64,000 bases of DNA from the human T2T-CHM13v2.0 reference genome, Homo sapiens: assembly GCF_009914755.1 (NCBI RefSeq), contig NC_060926.1. One strand, given 5' to 3'. Under the pieces are notes generated by a model. That model made no database searches. It saw only the letters and a program-made list of their open reading frames with translations, and had not been told where the DNA came from. The position numbers were made by a program, and so were the translations under genes. Below, piece by piece: positions 52,072-64,000 of this stretch (position 1 is the stretch's first letter; each line of letters starts with the position of its first letter).

Positions 52072-53180
52072 ATGTGTATCTTCCGGTCTGGCAGCCAAAA
52101 TGTTCTTGACAGGTCCCCTGGATCGCTCTGGAGAATCCAGGCACATCCAGGTCAGTAAGTGAGGGCCCATGGTTTGTGAGTGGAGCATCATTTATGTGTC
52201 TATGCTGAGAGCGGGACGCATGTTTTTCACAGCCTGGGATAGCTTGAGACAGTCTGCAGAGGTAAGGCAGTCAGCATCCGCATTCTGTCAACTCTGTGAA
52301 AATGGAAGCTCTACATGGATGCAGTCATATTATTTTCAGAGTTGAAAAGTGTCACACTGGAAAGGTTTAATACAGTTGTCACGACAGGAGTAGCATGAAA
52401 GACTCAGATGTCAGCCTCATATGTATTAAGTGAAGTCTCTCATGTTATTAAAAGGGAAATTATATTTGATTTTAATATCAATTCTTTAAAGCATGTGGTT
52501 ATTTAGTTATGATATACACAAAGATTTTACTTTTTCCTTTGATGACAGTGCATTTAAAACCTTCTACTTCACTAATTAAAGAACACCAGGCCATGAAAAT
52601 GATGGAATCTTATTTTGACAGAGTTTTGCCTGTTTTATAAGAAACAAAATTTGCACCTCAAAATAAACATATCATTAAGCATATTCTCTTGCTTTTAAAT
52701 TTTAATTTGGGAAAATGTACAGGAAAAACCAACAGAATAAGGAAGTCTCTCAATATTTTTAAGTATTTTATCTTGCTATATTATGCCTCCACTCGTAACT
52801 ATTACTCAAGGAAGGTATTTTTAAGAGACATATTTTCTTGACCGTGTCTTCTTAATGTCAATATTATATTTTGCTACCATCGAGCAGCATGTAGTTTGAA
52901 GACGACTGTAGTAATTTTATTGAACATCGCAATTTTATGTAATATTCATCCTTTTCAATAATGACACATAAAAATATAGATCCAGAGGGTTGCTCAATTG
53001 TTTATAATTCTAATTAATGAGAAATCTTGTCACAGATTTTGCAGAGCTATTAAAACTTTATAGGAAAAAAGAAAGTTTGGGGAGAAAAATTTACAAAATG
53101 AAAAAGCAGCCCAGGACATACAATGTTTACATAATACAAATTTCTGAAAAAGAGAACAGAATATGGATGGGAGAAAATTA

Positions 53181-53532
<352 letters not shown>

Positions 53533-53538
53533 CTAGCC

Positions 53539-53906
53539 CAGGGGTCAGCAAACATCCTGTAAAGAACCCAATAGAAAACAGTTCAGGCTTTACCAGCCAC
53601 GTTCCCTTTTCTGTCTATGTCACAATGACTCAACTCTGCTGTTAAAGCACATCCATAGATACAGGCAACCCATCAGTGAAGGAGACCAGCTGTATACCAA
53701 TAACATTTTATTTATGGACACTGAACTTTGGATGTCATGCAATGTTCACATGTCACAAAATCTTCTGTTTCTTCTCAGCCTCTTCTTGCTCCTCTTCTTC
53801 TTTCTTCCCATTTAAAAAATGTAAAAACATTGTTAGATTGTGAGCCAATCAGAAAATCAGGTTATGATCCAGATTTCCCCCATGGACTATAGTTTCTTGA
53901 CCCCAG
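53539..53906 (+). mobile_element. MER58B-like hAT-Charlie MITE
   Basis: TIRs CAGGGGTCAGCAAAC and GTTTCTTGACCCCAG; degenerate 8-bp TSD ATCTAGCC / ATCAAACC. Confidence 0.85.
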
Positions 53907-54190
53907 ATCAAACCTCTAAGTGTCCACTGATGGATCAGCACAATGGATGGGAACACCGACCCCATGACCCTCCCCTGTGAGACCTCAGGCACTAGGGACA
54001 AAGGGAGGGTATTACAAGTACTGGCTACATTTATGTGTAACTGGAATAAAGAATTCCAACATAAACAAGGAGAAATAAGAGTCTAGAAAAGTTGCTATTA
54101 ATCAAACAATCCAACATGTACCTGAAATAGATAATATTGGAGTGTAAGAATTCTTATTGAAGTTTCTAATTATTCATAACAGAATTTTTA

Positions 54191-54475
54191 TTCTTTTTCT
54201 ATTTTTTAAAATTTTTCTTTAACTTTTGGGATATACGGGCAGAATGTGCAGGTTTGTTACATAGGTATACATGTGCCATGGTGGTTTGCTGCACCCGTCA
54301 ACCTGTCATCTAGGTTTTAAGCCCCATATGCATTAGGTACTTGTCCTAATGCTCTCCCTCCCCTTGCCCCCCACCCCCCAACAGGCCCCGGTGTGTGATG
54401 ATCCCCTCCCTGTGTCCATGTGTTCTGACTGTTCAATTCCGACTTATGAGTGAGAACATGGGGTGTTCGGTTTTC
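54191..54475 (-). mobile_element. Short L1PA8-like 3' end
   Basis: TCATCTAGGTTTTAAGCCCC..TGCATTAGG motif; 15-bp TSD CATAACAGAATTTTT at 54175 and 54476. Confidence 0.9.
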
Positions 54476-54640
54476 CATAACAGAATTTTTAAATTTTAAT
54501 TTTGTTTGTGTGTGTATGTTTTACCTCAACAAATTGATTCTAACATTTATATACAAGTGTAGGGCAAAAATAGGCAATTCAGTTTTGAGTAAGAAGAGCA
54601 AGATATGCAGAGGCAATAAATCAGCATAATTTCTAATAAT

Positions 54641-55187
54641 TGAGAGCCTGAATATACAGATGGACAATGGCCAGAACATATATAACAAAAGAACTCTGAC
54701 CCACAGTCTGCAGCAGCAAGGCCAGGACACCAACCCCTTATCTACAGGAAACAGCCCCCAGGAATCCAGCCTGTTATCTGTAAGCCAGACTTACGGGAAA
54801 TCAGACCAAGGTCTCTAGCAACCAGTCCCAGAAGCCAAATAGTAATTCCTGTAACAAAATAGCTAAGATTTAATTAAACTCTGAAAGCTTCCCTAATGCT
54901 TTTTTACCTGCTTCCAACTTAGGACCAACCAGAAAAAAACAAATATACTCCTCTAACCAATCCCATAAGATACCCACTTTTGGTGAGTCTTCCTCCAGCT
55001 TCCCATGCCAACAGCCTCCATCAGGGCACACTGAAGCCTTCCTTCTGTCCACTACAAAGCTCTCCCACTCCTTGTCTGCCTTAGCATCTTAGCCAAAAGG
55101 CAAGTGATGGTGGCTGACTCCCGTGATACAGCAAACTCTGAACTGCTTCTGCCTGTTCTTATTTGGTCAATCTTCATTTATTTCCAA
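54641..55187 (+). mobile_element. ERV1 LTR, MER67-like
   Basis: GAACTCTGACCCACA..TGCAGCA, TTCCAACTTAGGACCAACCAG, AACCAATC, CAAGTGATGGTGGCTGACTCCC. Confidence 0.7.
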
Positions 55188-55718
55188 TGATGAAAATTTG
55201 GAGTTACATCATTGATAAAGTATGATAAAGTAATTTGTGAATAAATTGTGATAAACCCCATACAATGGGAATTAGCTGACGGAAATGAGTTCTATGGTAA
55301 TTGCCACCCAGTAAGACAAACGTACTATTTTTGAACAAATTTTCCTTAGAATACTTTTGGAAAGAGAAGAAATCATGGTATTTGCAAGAGGTTTCATTGC
55401 CCCACTCCAACCATGGCCATTGTGGACATGCCAAGTCCACAAGCACACAGCTAACCAGGCAGCTGTTTCTCACTGGGATGATTCTAAGCCCAGCTGTGGG
55501 CTCTACATTCTGTCCCTACCTCCCACTTCATCACAGTGTTTAGAGAGAAGAAAATATATAACGTGAATAATCAGGAAGTCTGCCAAAGTGTTTCTTCCAT
55601 TCCACAGCCAGATATCCCATGATGCCCAAAGTCCAAAGCTCATGAATTGTGACAGCTCGTGGCTTGATATTGCTGCATGGAAACAAGCAGGAGGCAAGGA
55701 AAAGAGGGAGGAGGGAGT

Positions 55719-55902
55719 TGTGTTGACAGATTAAATGCAGGACACTCAGTTAAATCTGAATTTTAGATACATAACAAAGCCATTTTAGTATATCCCAAAT
55801 ATTACATGAAACATAGTTATAACAAAAATTATCATTTGTGAATCTGAAATTTAAATCTAACCGAGTGTCCTGTACTTGTATTTACTAAATATGGCAACCC
55901 TA
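55719..55902. mobile_element. MER53-like palindromic hAT MITE
   Basis: Inverted arms CAGGACACTCAGTTAAATCTGAATTTTAGAT and ATCTGAAATTTAAATCTAACCGAGTGTCCTG; terminal GGCAACCCTA. Confidence 0.82.
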
Positions 55903-55957
55903 GGGGCAAGGGTAACACATGTTTTTCTAGTCCTTTTATGGAATACTTACAACCAGT

Positions 55958-56257
55958 GTTTTTTGTTGTTTTGTATTTTAGAGACATCTTGCTCTATTGC
56001 ACAGGCTGGAGTACGGTGGCTCAATCATAGTTCACTGCAGCCACAAACTCCTGAGCTCACCTCCCACCTCAGCCTCCCAAGTTGTTAGGACTACTTGCAC
56101 ACACCACTTTACCTAGCTAATTTTTAATTTTCTTTTTTGGAGAGCCAGGATCTTGCTATGTTGCCTGGGCTGGTCTTAAACTCCAGGGCTCATGTGATCC
56201 TCTAACCTCGGCCTCCCAAAACACTGGGATTGCAAGTGTGAGCCACTGCAACTGGCT
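55958..56257 (-). mobile_element. AluJ
   Basis: Diverged antisense Alu; TSD ACAACCAGT. Confidence 0.9.
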
Positions 56258-56419
56258 CACACAACCAGTATTGATATTCTCCCCATGGGTTACTTAGAGC
56301 TGTGCCATTTAATTTCCAACTGTTTGCTTTTTTGAGATATCTTATTTTATTACCTTTAATAGAAGGCTAAGGGCCCTTCAATATTCTTTCAAATTAAGTA
56401 CTTCTATAAAGTAAAAATA

Positions 56420-58058
56420 TAAAATGAAATCAACAAATATTTAATGGCTATCTGCTGTTTTATAGAGTGCAGAATAAGACAGTAAAGAAAGATACAAGGT
56501 TGGAGTTCTGGAGACTGTAATTGTGGAGCCACATGTATAGGACTCAAGGTCACAAAGATAGCAAAGGCAGCAAGGAGCATCAAAAGCAGGCAGAACCCAG
56601 ATGGGAGTTAAGCCTTGAAAGAGGAGAACCACACTCACTCATGCTTATAGCATACACCACAGTCCCTAAGGCAGGGAACAACCAAAACTCACGAAGAATG
56701 CCATTCTTGTTGCCTTGAAGTGTCAGAAGACAGCGTTCAAGGCTACTAGAGTAATAGGAAATTGAGAGAAAAATCCTTGAAAAGGGGAAGCCCCAACTAT
56801 TCTCAGATCCCCTTGGGACACCTGCACTATGCATGTACAGAGAAAACTCCAAGGACCCCCAGGAAAGCAAGAGTTTCCACATAACGGAGAAAGTTTTTAG
56901 TCTAAATCCTGCCAAGTCAGAGGGTCCTGACAAGTCAGAGGGTCTTGGTAAATCCTTTCTGCTTTCTACCAACCTGCTCCATCGAAGTACATAAAACCAC
57001 GCCTCTGTAAGTTCAAAGTGTTCAGCCAGTCATGTAATGAAATGGCATCTTTAAAGTTTGAAAGAAAAAAAAACTTTAGAATTCTATGTCTACAGAATTA
57101 GCCTTCAAAAATCAGGGCAAAATAAAAGCACTTTCACATAAATGAAGAATGAGAGACACCAGCAGACCAATGATCAATTATTCAGGAAGGCATAACAATT
57201 GCAAATTCATATGTACCTCATTACAGAGCCTCAAGATACATGAAGCAAGAACTGACTAAATGGCGAAATAGATAAATTATCTATCACAACTGGAGATTTT
57301 TACCCCCCCTCCCTGCAATTGATTTAGCTATTGTCCAAAAATCAGTAAATACGTAAAAGATTTTAACAACAGTACAACTCAATTAGGCCTGACAATTACA
57401 CAGCACTACACTTAATGGCCTCAGAATACATATTCTTTTCTCAAATGCACATAAAATGTTCACAAAGATAGACCATATGCTGAGCCATAAAACAAGTCTC
57501 AATACATGAAAAATATTTGAAATCTCACAAAGCCTGTTATTTGAACACAAATAAATTAAATTAAACATTAACCTTCTAAGTTATCAAGAAGTATTGCAAA
57601 TTAATTGGCATACCACTATGTACTCCTGGCTTAAATAAGAAATCACAAGGGAAATTAGAAAATATTCTAAACTGAATATCAATGGAAACACCACATAAAA
57701 ATATTTGTGAGATGCAATGAGCAGCCGAAACCTAGCCTAGGGAAGAAAAAAAAAAGCTTGAAATACTATAATATAGTAGAAAAGGAGAAAATATTTAAAG
57801 CAGTTAAGATTGCTTCTCAACATCATCAGTATTGAAGGACATGAAATACACAACTATAATGAGATACCATTTAAAACCACTAGTATGACTCAAAACAATT
57901 GACAACTGATAGTATCAAATGCGGGTGAGAAAATGAAGTAGCCAGAACTATCATGCACTGCTAGGTAGGAATGTTTAATAGCACTACTACACTTTCAAAA
58001 TCTGTTTGGCAATTTCTTATAAACACCCACCCTATGACCCTGCAATTTCACAATTTGG
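56420..58058 (+). mobile_element. Old L1M fragments (5' region, ORF1/ORF2 remnants)
   Basis: ORF2-like TGGAGATTTT..AAGATAGACCATATGCTGAGCCATAAAACAAGTCTCAATA; CTATGACCCTGCAATTTCAC. Confidence 0.7.
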
Positions 58059-59125
58059 CACAAAAACAATTGGAACAAAAGCAAGAATTAACAAATGGGA
58101 TCCAATCAAACTAAAGAGCTTCTGCACAGCAGAAGAAACTATCATCTGAGTGAACAGGCAACCTACAGCATAGGAGAAAATTTTTGCAAGCTACCCATCT
58201 GACAAAGGTCTATACTCAGAATCTAGAAGGAACTTAGACAAATTTACAACACAAAAACAACCCCATCAAAAAGTGGGCAAAGGATATGAATGGACGCTTC
58301 TCAAAAGAAGACATTTATGCGGCCAACAAACATACGAAAAAAAGCTCATCATCACTGGTCATTAGAGAAATGCAAATCAAAACCACAATGAGATACCATC
58401 TCACACTAGTTAGAATGGTGATTATTAAAAAGTTAGGAAACAACAAATGCTGGCAAGGCTGTGGAGAAATAAGAACACTTTTACACTGTTGGTCGGAGTG
58501 TAAATTAGTTCAACCATTGTGGAAGACAGTGTGGCAATTCCTCAAGGTTTTATAACTAGAATACCATTTGACCCAGGAATCCCATTACTGGGTATACACC
58601 CAAAGGATTATAAATCATTCTACTATAAAGACACATGCACATGCATGTCTATTGCAGCACTATTTATAACAGCAAAAACAGATCCAACCCAAATGCCCAT
58701 CAATGATAGACTGGATAAAGAAAATGTGGTACATATACACCATGAAATACTATGCAGCCATAAAAAAGAATGAGTTCATGTCCTTTGGAAGGACATGGAT
58801 AAAGTTGGAAGTCATCATTGTTAGCAAACTAACACAGGAATAGAACACCAAATACTGCATGTTCTTACTCATAAGTGGGAGTTGAACAATGAGAACACAT
58901 GGACACAGGGGGCACATCATACACCAGGGCCTGTTGAGGGCTGAGGGGCAAGGGGAGAGAGAGCATTAGGACAAATACCTAATGCATGCGGGGCTTAAAA
59001 CCTAGATGATGGGTTGATAGGTGCAGCAAACCACAATGGCACATGTATACCTATGTAACAAACCTGCACATTCTGCACATGTATCCCAGAACTTAGAGTA
59101 AAATAAAAAATAATAATAATTTTAA
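58059..59125 (+). mobile_element. L1PA8-like 5'-truncated element nested in L1M
   Basis: ORF2p C-terminal remnants; GCATGCGGGGCTTAAAACCTAGATGA 3'UTR motif. Confidence 0.9.
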
Positions 59126-59129
59126 AAAT

Positions 59130-59490
59130 TTAAGAGAGGTAAATAAAAGCACATGTCTACAAAAATATGTGTACAAGAATGTTAATACTCAATTCATAAT
59201 ACTCAAAGCGGAAAACACCAATTGTTTATCAATAGGACAATGGATAAAAAAATTGTAGCATATAATGGAATAAAACTCAGAAATGGAAAAAGAATGAACT
59301 ACAAATATAATACAACAACATGACTGAAGCTTGGAAATATCGCATTGAAATGTCAATAAAGAAATAAGCTAGGCACAAAAAATTATGGTGATAGAAATAA
59401 GAAGATGACTGCCTATAGGAGATTGGGATTTACTGTGGATGAGAAAACGCTGTATGTTGATGGAAATTCTCTATCTTGATCAGAGTGCTG
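59130..59490 (+). mobile_element. Continuation of the host L1M 3' region
   Basis: AAAGCACATGTCTACAAAAA..GTACAAGAATGTT continues the sequence broken at ~58058. Confidence 0.65.
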
Positions 59491-59869
59491 CTGCCAGATC
59501 TAAAAAAGCCCAAAATGCCAGTAGATGCAGATTTACTTACTATAAACAATCCTTTGAAAGTCCCATAATTCAGATCTTCTGCATCCTCTTCTGAATAGAC
59601 CATTTATTTAGGGCTCTACTCTGTCTTTTCTGCACATTCCATAATTCATTTCCTACCCTAGTCTCAATATCAAAACTGGAAAAGGCTTCTAGCATCAGCC
59701 ACATCCTCCTCTATCACTCCACCAGAAATTTATTTTAAGTTTGCGGTGAAAGAAAATGATAGAAAGAATACTGCGTGGTGGCTAAGGGCATTTATTGACT
59801 ATTGGTGTGCAGAATTATATAAGCGCCAGTAGATAAGAGGAAAAAATAATGAAGGTGATAAGATTAATG

Positions 59870-60110
59870 GTAGCTAACTTATTGAGCATTTAGTATACAC
59901 CACATATTTTCTAAGCACTTTGCATAAGTATCATCACTTTATCCTCACAATAGAACTATAAGGTGATTATAATCATTTTTTCTAACATTAAAAATGTTCA
60001 ATTAAGGTGCGAAAAGGATAGGTTGCCCAAGGATGCACAGCTAGCAAAAGTGAAAGTTGGGATTTACGACTTGGCATCTAGTTCTAGAGCCTACATTGTC
60101 AACTCACTAT
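59870..60110 (-). mobile_element. MIR relic
   Basis: TATTGAGCATTTAGTAT..TAAGCACTTT..TTGCCCAAGGATGCACAGCTAG. Confidence 0.7.
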
Positions 60111-60283
60111 GCTCTCAGTCAATGTGGTCTGCTATGGCAGACACTGGCTAAAACAAGTGACTATTTAAGTTTGAATTAAATTAATTAAGGTTAAGTAAAG
60201 TTGAAAATTAATTTTTAGTTAAATGGGCACATTTCAAGTCCCAAATAGCCACATGTGGCAAGTAGCTACCATAATGGACAGCA
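60110..60283. mobile_element. MER3-like hAT MITE
   Basis: CACATTTCAAGT..AATAGCCACATGTGGC.AGTAGCTACCATAATGGACAGCA. Confidence 0.75.
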
Positions 60284-60808
60284 GAAACACAGAACACCAC
60301 CTAAGATATGAGCTAAGACCTCCTCCCAAACTAGAGGCTGATTTTTGCAGAGTATATCTAGTTTCATGGTGAAAGTAAGGTCACATTAATGCACTAATCC
60401 CAAATTGACTGATTATTATTTATTTGCTCCTCACACAGTGTCTCACTTCCTCTGCTAAGTGTCTTTCCAAATGATGCCTCTAGGTGGTACCTCCCACATG
60501 TTGCTGGTGGGCTAACATCCTAAAATTTCCACTGATCTTACAGAAAGCACCGTAACTCTTGGAGTTGCTAATGCTTGAGAGGATGGGTGGTAAGTCACAT
60601 TTGGAGGTTTGGCAAGTGGGAAGTGGATGAAAAGTCCATGGTGTGCTCATTTCTTGTATCATTTTCTGTTCAAGTCATTCTAAAACAATATTCTTAAATT
60701 AAGTGCATTTGAGAATTAATATCTTTAACTTTTTGGAAATCTCCTTATATTTGATTTTGTCTTTGTTTCTCTCTCTTCTTCTTTATTTTCTTCTTTTGTA
60801 GATATGTG

Positions 60809-60809
<1 letters not shown>

Positions 60810-60848
<39 letters not shown>
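60810..60848. repeat. (TG)n microsatellite (~19 units)
   Basis: Direct reading. Confidence 0.92.
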
Positions 60849-60851
<3 letters not shown>

Positions 60852-61419
60852 AGCAAACATTAAATTGCTATTAACATTCTTGTACCCATATTGTTCTGAG
60901 AAACTATGAACATGTTTTTCTGAGAATCCTTACTTTCCTCTGACCACTATGCTGAAGTCCCTGGGTCACAGGCATAGCTACTACAATGTCCTTTGCATGA
61001 TTTTGTTTGTTTGTTTGGATGACCCTCAGTTCCTATTGACCAAGATTTCTACTGGGTGTTTTCCACCAGCTCACTGGATGGGCATTGACTCAGCACAGGC
61101 TAAAGCTGAGAGGTCCCCTTATAATTGAACCTATAATGACACAATTTTGTCTACTCCCATTGGAAGAAAGCTTACCATGCTTCATTCTGAGCTGGCCTGA
61201 TAGTGAGTCTCTGAATGAGACTAACCCATGTCCTGCAGGTCTGATAGTCAATACAGATGAGCATCCAGTGCCCCACTCCTGGCAATCATCTTGGAATGAA
61301 GAGAGAGTTTTACAAAGAGACAACCCCAGAGAGCTGTAGAGTCCACCCAACTACATATTTAGCTGATTAATGATTAGTATTTACAAGTGAGACTACCTGA
61401 GACCAGAATAAGATCCACT

Positions 61420-62170
61420 TGAATGGATTATAATAAAGAGTATCCCATGTAACACAGTGTCATGAATAGTTAATTTTCACAAGGTAGACGGGAAAATCTC
61501 ATGATTCACAGGGCACTGGGTGGGGCAAACACAAGGGTCTGGCTTTACTCATGGGGAATAAATACCCCTAGACTGACCACTGCTCTAATCCTACCTTAAA
61601 AAATTGTCTAAGCAAAATGTAAAGAACCTAACTATTTCTAAATAACTTGAATCCATCCCAGAAAAAAAAATGCTGAGGATTAACAGGAACACAGAAATAT
61701 CCAGTACTCAAGAAATTAAAGTCACAATATCTGGCATATATTCAAAGATTATTAGGCATAAAAAGCAAGAAAATATAACACATAATAAGGATAAAAATTA
61801 ATCAGTTGGAACAAACAGTAAAACAGATGTTAAATTTAGCAGACAATGACATTTTAAGAAGTTACTATAATTGTATCATATATGTTTGTAAAGCTAAGTA
61901 GCTCAAAAAAAAAAAACCCCATGAGCTTAGAAACACAAAGTAAATTACACCAAAATTAAATTGCTTAAAACCCGTTATCTAGAAAAAAGTACTGAAACTA
62001 TAACAGAAAAAGGCATGTTATGTACAAAGGAATAAAGATAAAGATAATAGTAGATTTCTTATTGGAAACTATAGAAACAAGAAAATACTGGAGTACTCTT
62101 GTTTAAATACTGAAAGAAAATACTTTCAGCTTAGAATTCTCTACTCAATGAAAACATCTTTTAAAGATAT
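61420..62170 (+). mobile_element. Old L1M 5'/ORF1-region fragment
   Basis: A-rich; CACAATATCTGGCATATATTCAAAGATTATTAGGCAT, TAGAATTCTCTACTCAATGAAAACATCTTT. Confidence 0.55.
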
Positions 62171-62796
62171 AGCTTACATTATTTATTCTTTTAGTTATTC
62201 TAATAGACCTTTTTTTCCAAAATTCAGTCTCTAGTATCCCACTGTAGAATTGCACCCCCTGCATTATTGTCCTGGTCCCTTCAACTGGAGAAAGGGACAG
62301 CAGTCATAACTTGTTGCCAATGATACGTCCTCATGGAATGCACAAGGAAGCGGAACAAGCACCCAGAAAGTAAAAAGTAATAAGAACTAATGTTAGTGTT
62401 CTTCACGTTCATAACTATGCAGTATGGACAAACGTGAAAGACCTCATGGAAACTCAGTGACAGTAAAACAATAAGATTCTCCCAGCTGCGTGGATCCTCA
62501 GTGGGCAGATGATTCATTTTGCAGCTGTGTTTCCCATGGCTGACAAGGGCTGACTGCAGTCCACAGGACTTGTCAGAGGCCAGTGGTCTGATAGGTGTTC
62601 TACACCAAGCAACAGAGGAAGAACAAAACTACATCTCTTCATGAAGACAAGTGCAAAAATAATATTAGTAAGAAAACACTGAGCAAATGGAGATGACTTG
62701 ATTCGAGGAATGAAAAATCAAAGGGGCAGTGAAAGTGGTAACATTAAAAGTGGGAGTCACTTGGATCAACACTTAAGGGATATTTTTTGCAATATA

Positions 62797-62909
62797 TTTT
62801 TTATTATACTTTAAGTTTTAGGGTACATGTGCGCAACGTGCAGGTTAGTTACATATGTATACATGTGCCATGTTGGTGTGCTGCACCCATTAACTCGTCA
62901 TTTAACATT
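62797..62909 (-). mobile_element. Very short L1PA3/4-like 3' end
   Basis: TTATTATACTTTAAGTTTTAGGGTACATGTG...ATTAACTCGTCATTTAACATT. Confidence 0.9.
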
Positions 62910-62919
62910 CTTTTCCTTG

Positions 62920-63070
62920 TGTAATCTTCACAGAAAAGCCATTCTTGAAATAAGATCTCTTCTCAGTTTAGAAAAGAGAAACTGAGGTTTAGAGAGGCCA
63001 AAGAACTTGCCCACCATTCTGCAACCATTGAACAATGGGGTTAGAATGGTACCCATCTTCCTGACCCAAC
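62920..63070 (-). mobile_element. MIR relic
   Basis: GAGAAACTGAGGTTTAGAGAGG..AACTTGCCCA core. Confidence 0.65.
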
Positions 63071-63288
63071 ACTCAACATACATTCTCTTCACTGCCCACT
63101 ATTGCAACCCCACAAAATAGAAGAGGTTTCTGAATAAACAGTTGGGTGCACATATTGATATTTTGTATGTCTGAATATCAACTTCCTTACAGTGTGCACA
63201 TTTTGCACTGGTTTTTAAAATCCTTTGCTCATAGATTTTTTTTGAGAGTCCAAAAAGATGAACTTATCTCCAGGGAAATATACTTAGG

Positions 63289-63297
63289 TACACACAT

Positions 63298-63329
<32 letters not shown>
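63289..63329. repeat. (CA)n microsatellite
   Basis: Direct reading. Confidence 0.9.
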
Positions 63330-63331
<2 letters not shown>

Positions 63332-64000
63332 CACATATAGTTTTGGAAGGTTCTTACGTGACCTGAAAGCTATCCATGAGCCATATAGAAGACCATGGTA
63401 ACTATCTCCTTTCTTCTTCACAAACAGCTACTATACCAAGCGTAGTTTTGTTATAAATTGAGAAAATTGAGGCTGTGAAATATTGTGACCTTCAAAGATG
63501 CACAATTTTGACCTAGTTGGTGAGAGAAATGATATCTGCCTGAGTATAAAAACACCATGTCCTACCTACCCACTGTTTTCTATTGTAGTCACCAAGTGAA
63601 CACCATACCAATGGTGTTCAAACATTTCTAGCTTTGCAAAAATGTGTATATGGAATATGTCCTAATTTACAACATGGCACAAAATATTGACTAAATTCAA
63701 TAATATCTTATCCTGGATTTTCAGATTGTCAAGGGTTTAAGAAAATATATGGAAAACATTAAAGCCAAAATATCCTGTGAATTAACTTTTTTTCCTTTAT
63801 GACAAAAGTCATTATTCAATTTAAGAAGAAGAAACTCATCAAGGGTTTGCAAATATTAATCCACATAATGAGGCCTGCACAGGGCTAATCTTGGTTATCC
63901 ACACTTCGCATATTCATTTTAATTCCTAGAATATATTTTTGTCAGAACAATGAAGAGGAGATCAATACAAATAATTTTAAATCCTTATGAAAATCTTTTA

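Overview
This is primate genomic DNA, almost certainly human, because it carries a human-specific L1HS. It is non-coding (intergenic or intronic) and dominated by transposable elements. I could not support any cellular protein-coding exon, tRNA, rRNA or CRISPR feature. The main feature is a full-length L1HS of the pre-Ta (ACG/G) type on the minus strand (11090-17125) with a perfect 17-bp target-site duplication (TSD). Its ORF1 and ORF2 are each broken by a small deletion between short direct repeats, while the YY1 site, the antisense ORF0 and both ORF0 splice donors are intact. About 11.5 kb away, head-to-head with it, lies an older 3'-truncated L1PA (28673-32269) that retains the ~129-bp 5'UTR segment lost in L1HS. 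The window also holds two twin-primed (5'-inverted) L1s, several 5'-truncated L1PA and L1M fragments, ten Alus, ERV1/ERVL/MaLR LTRs, hAT MITEs, MIR and L2 relics, and a 1.1-kb degenerate TG tract with an internal 138-bp duplication. Subfamily names come from recalled diagnostic motifs and need RepeatMasker/Dfam confirmation. Boundaries of old repeats are approximate. I found no evidence of a new biological system. The findings are locus-level retrotransposon features and a few unexplained unique segments.
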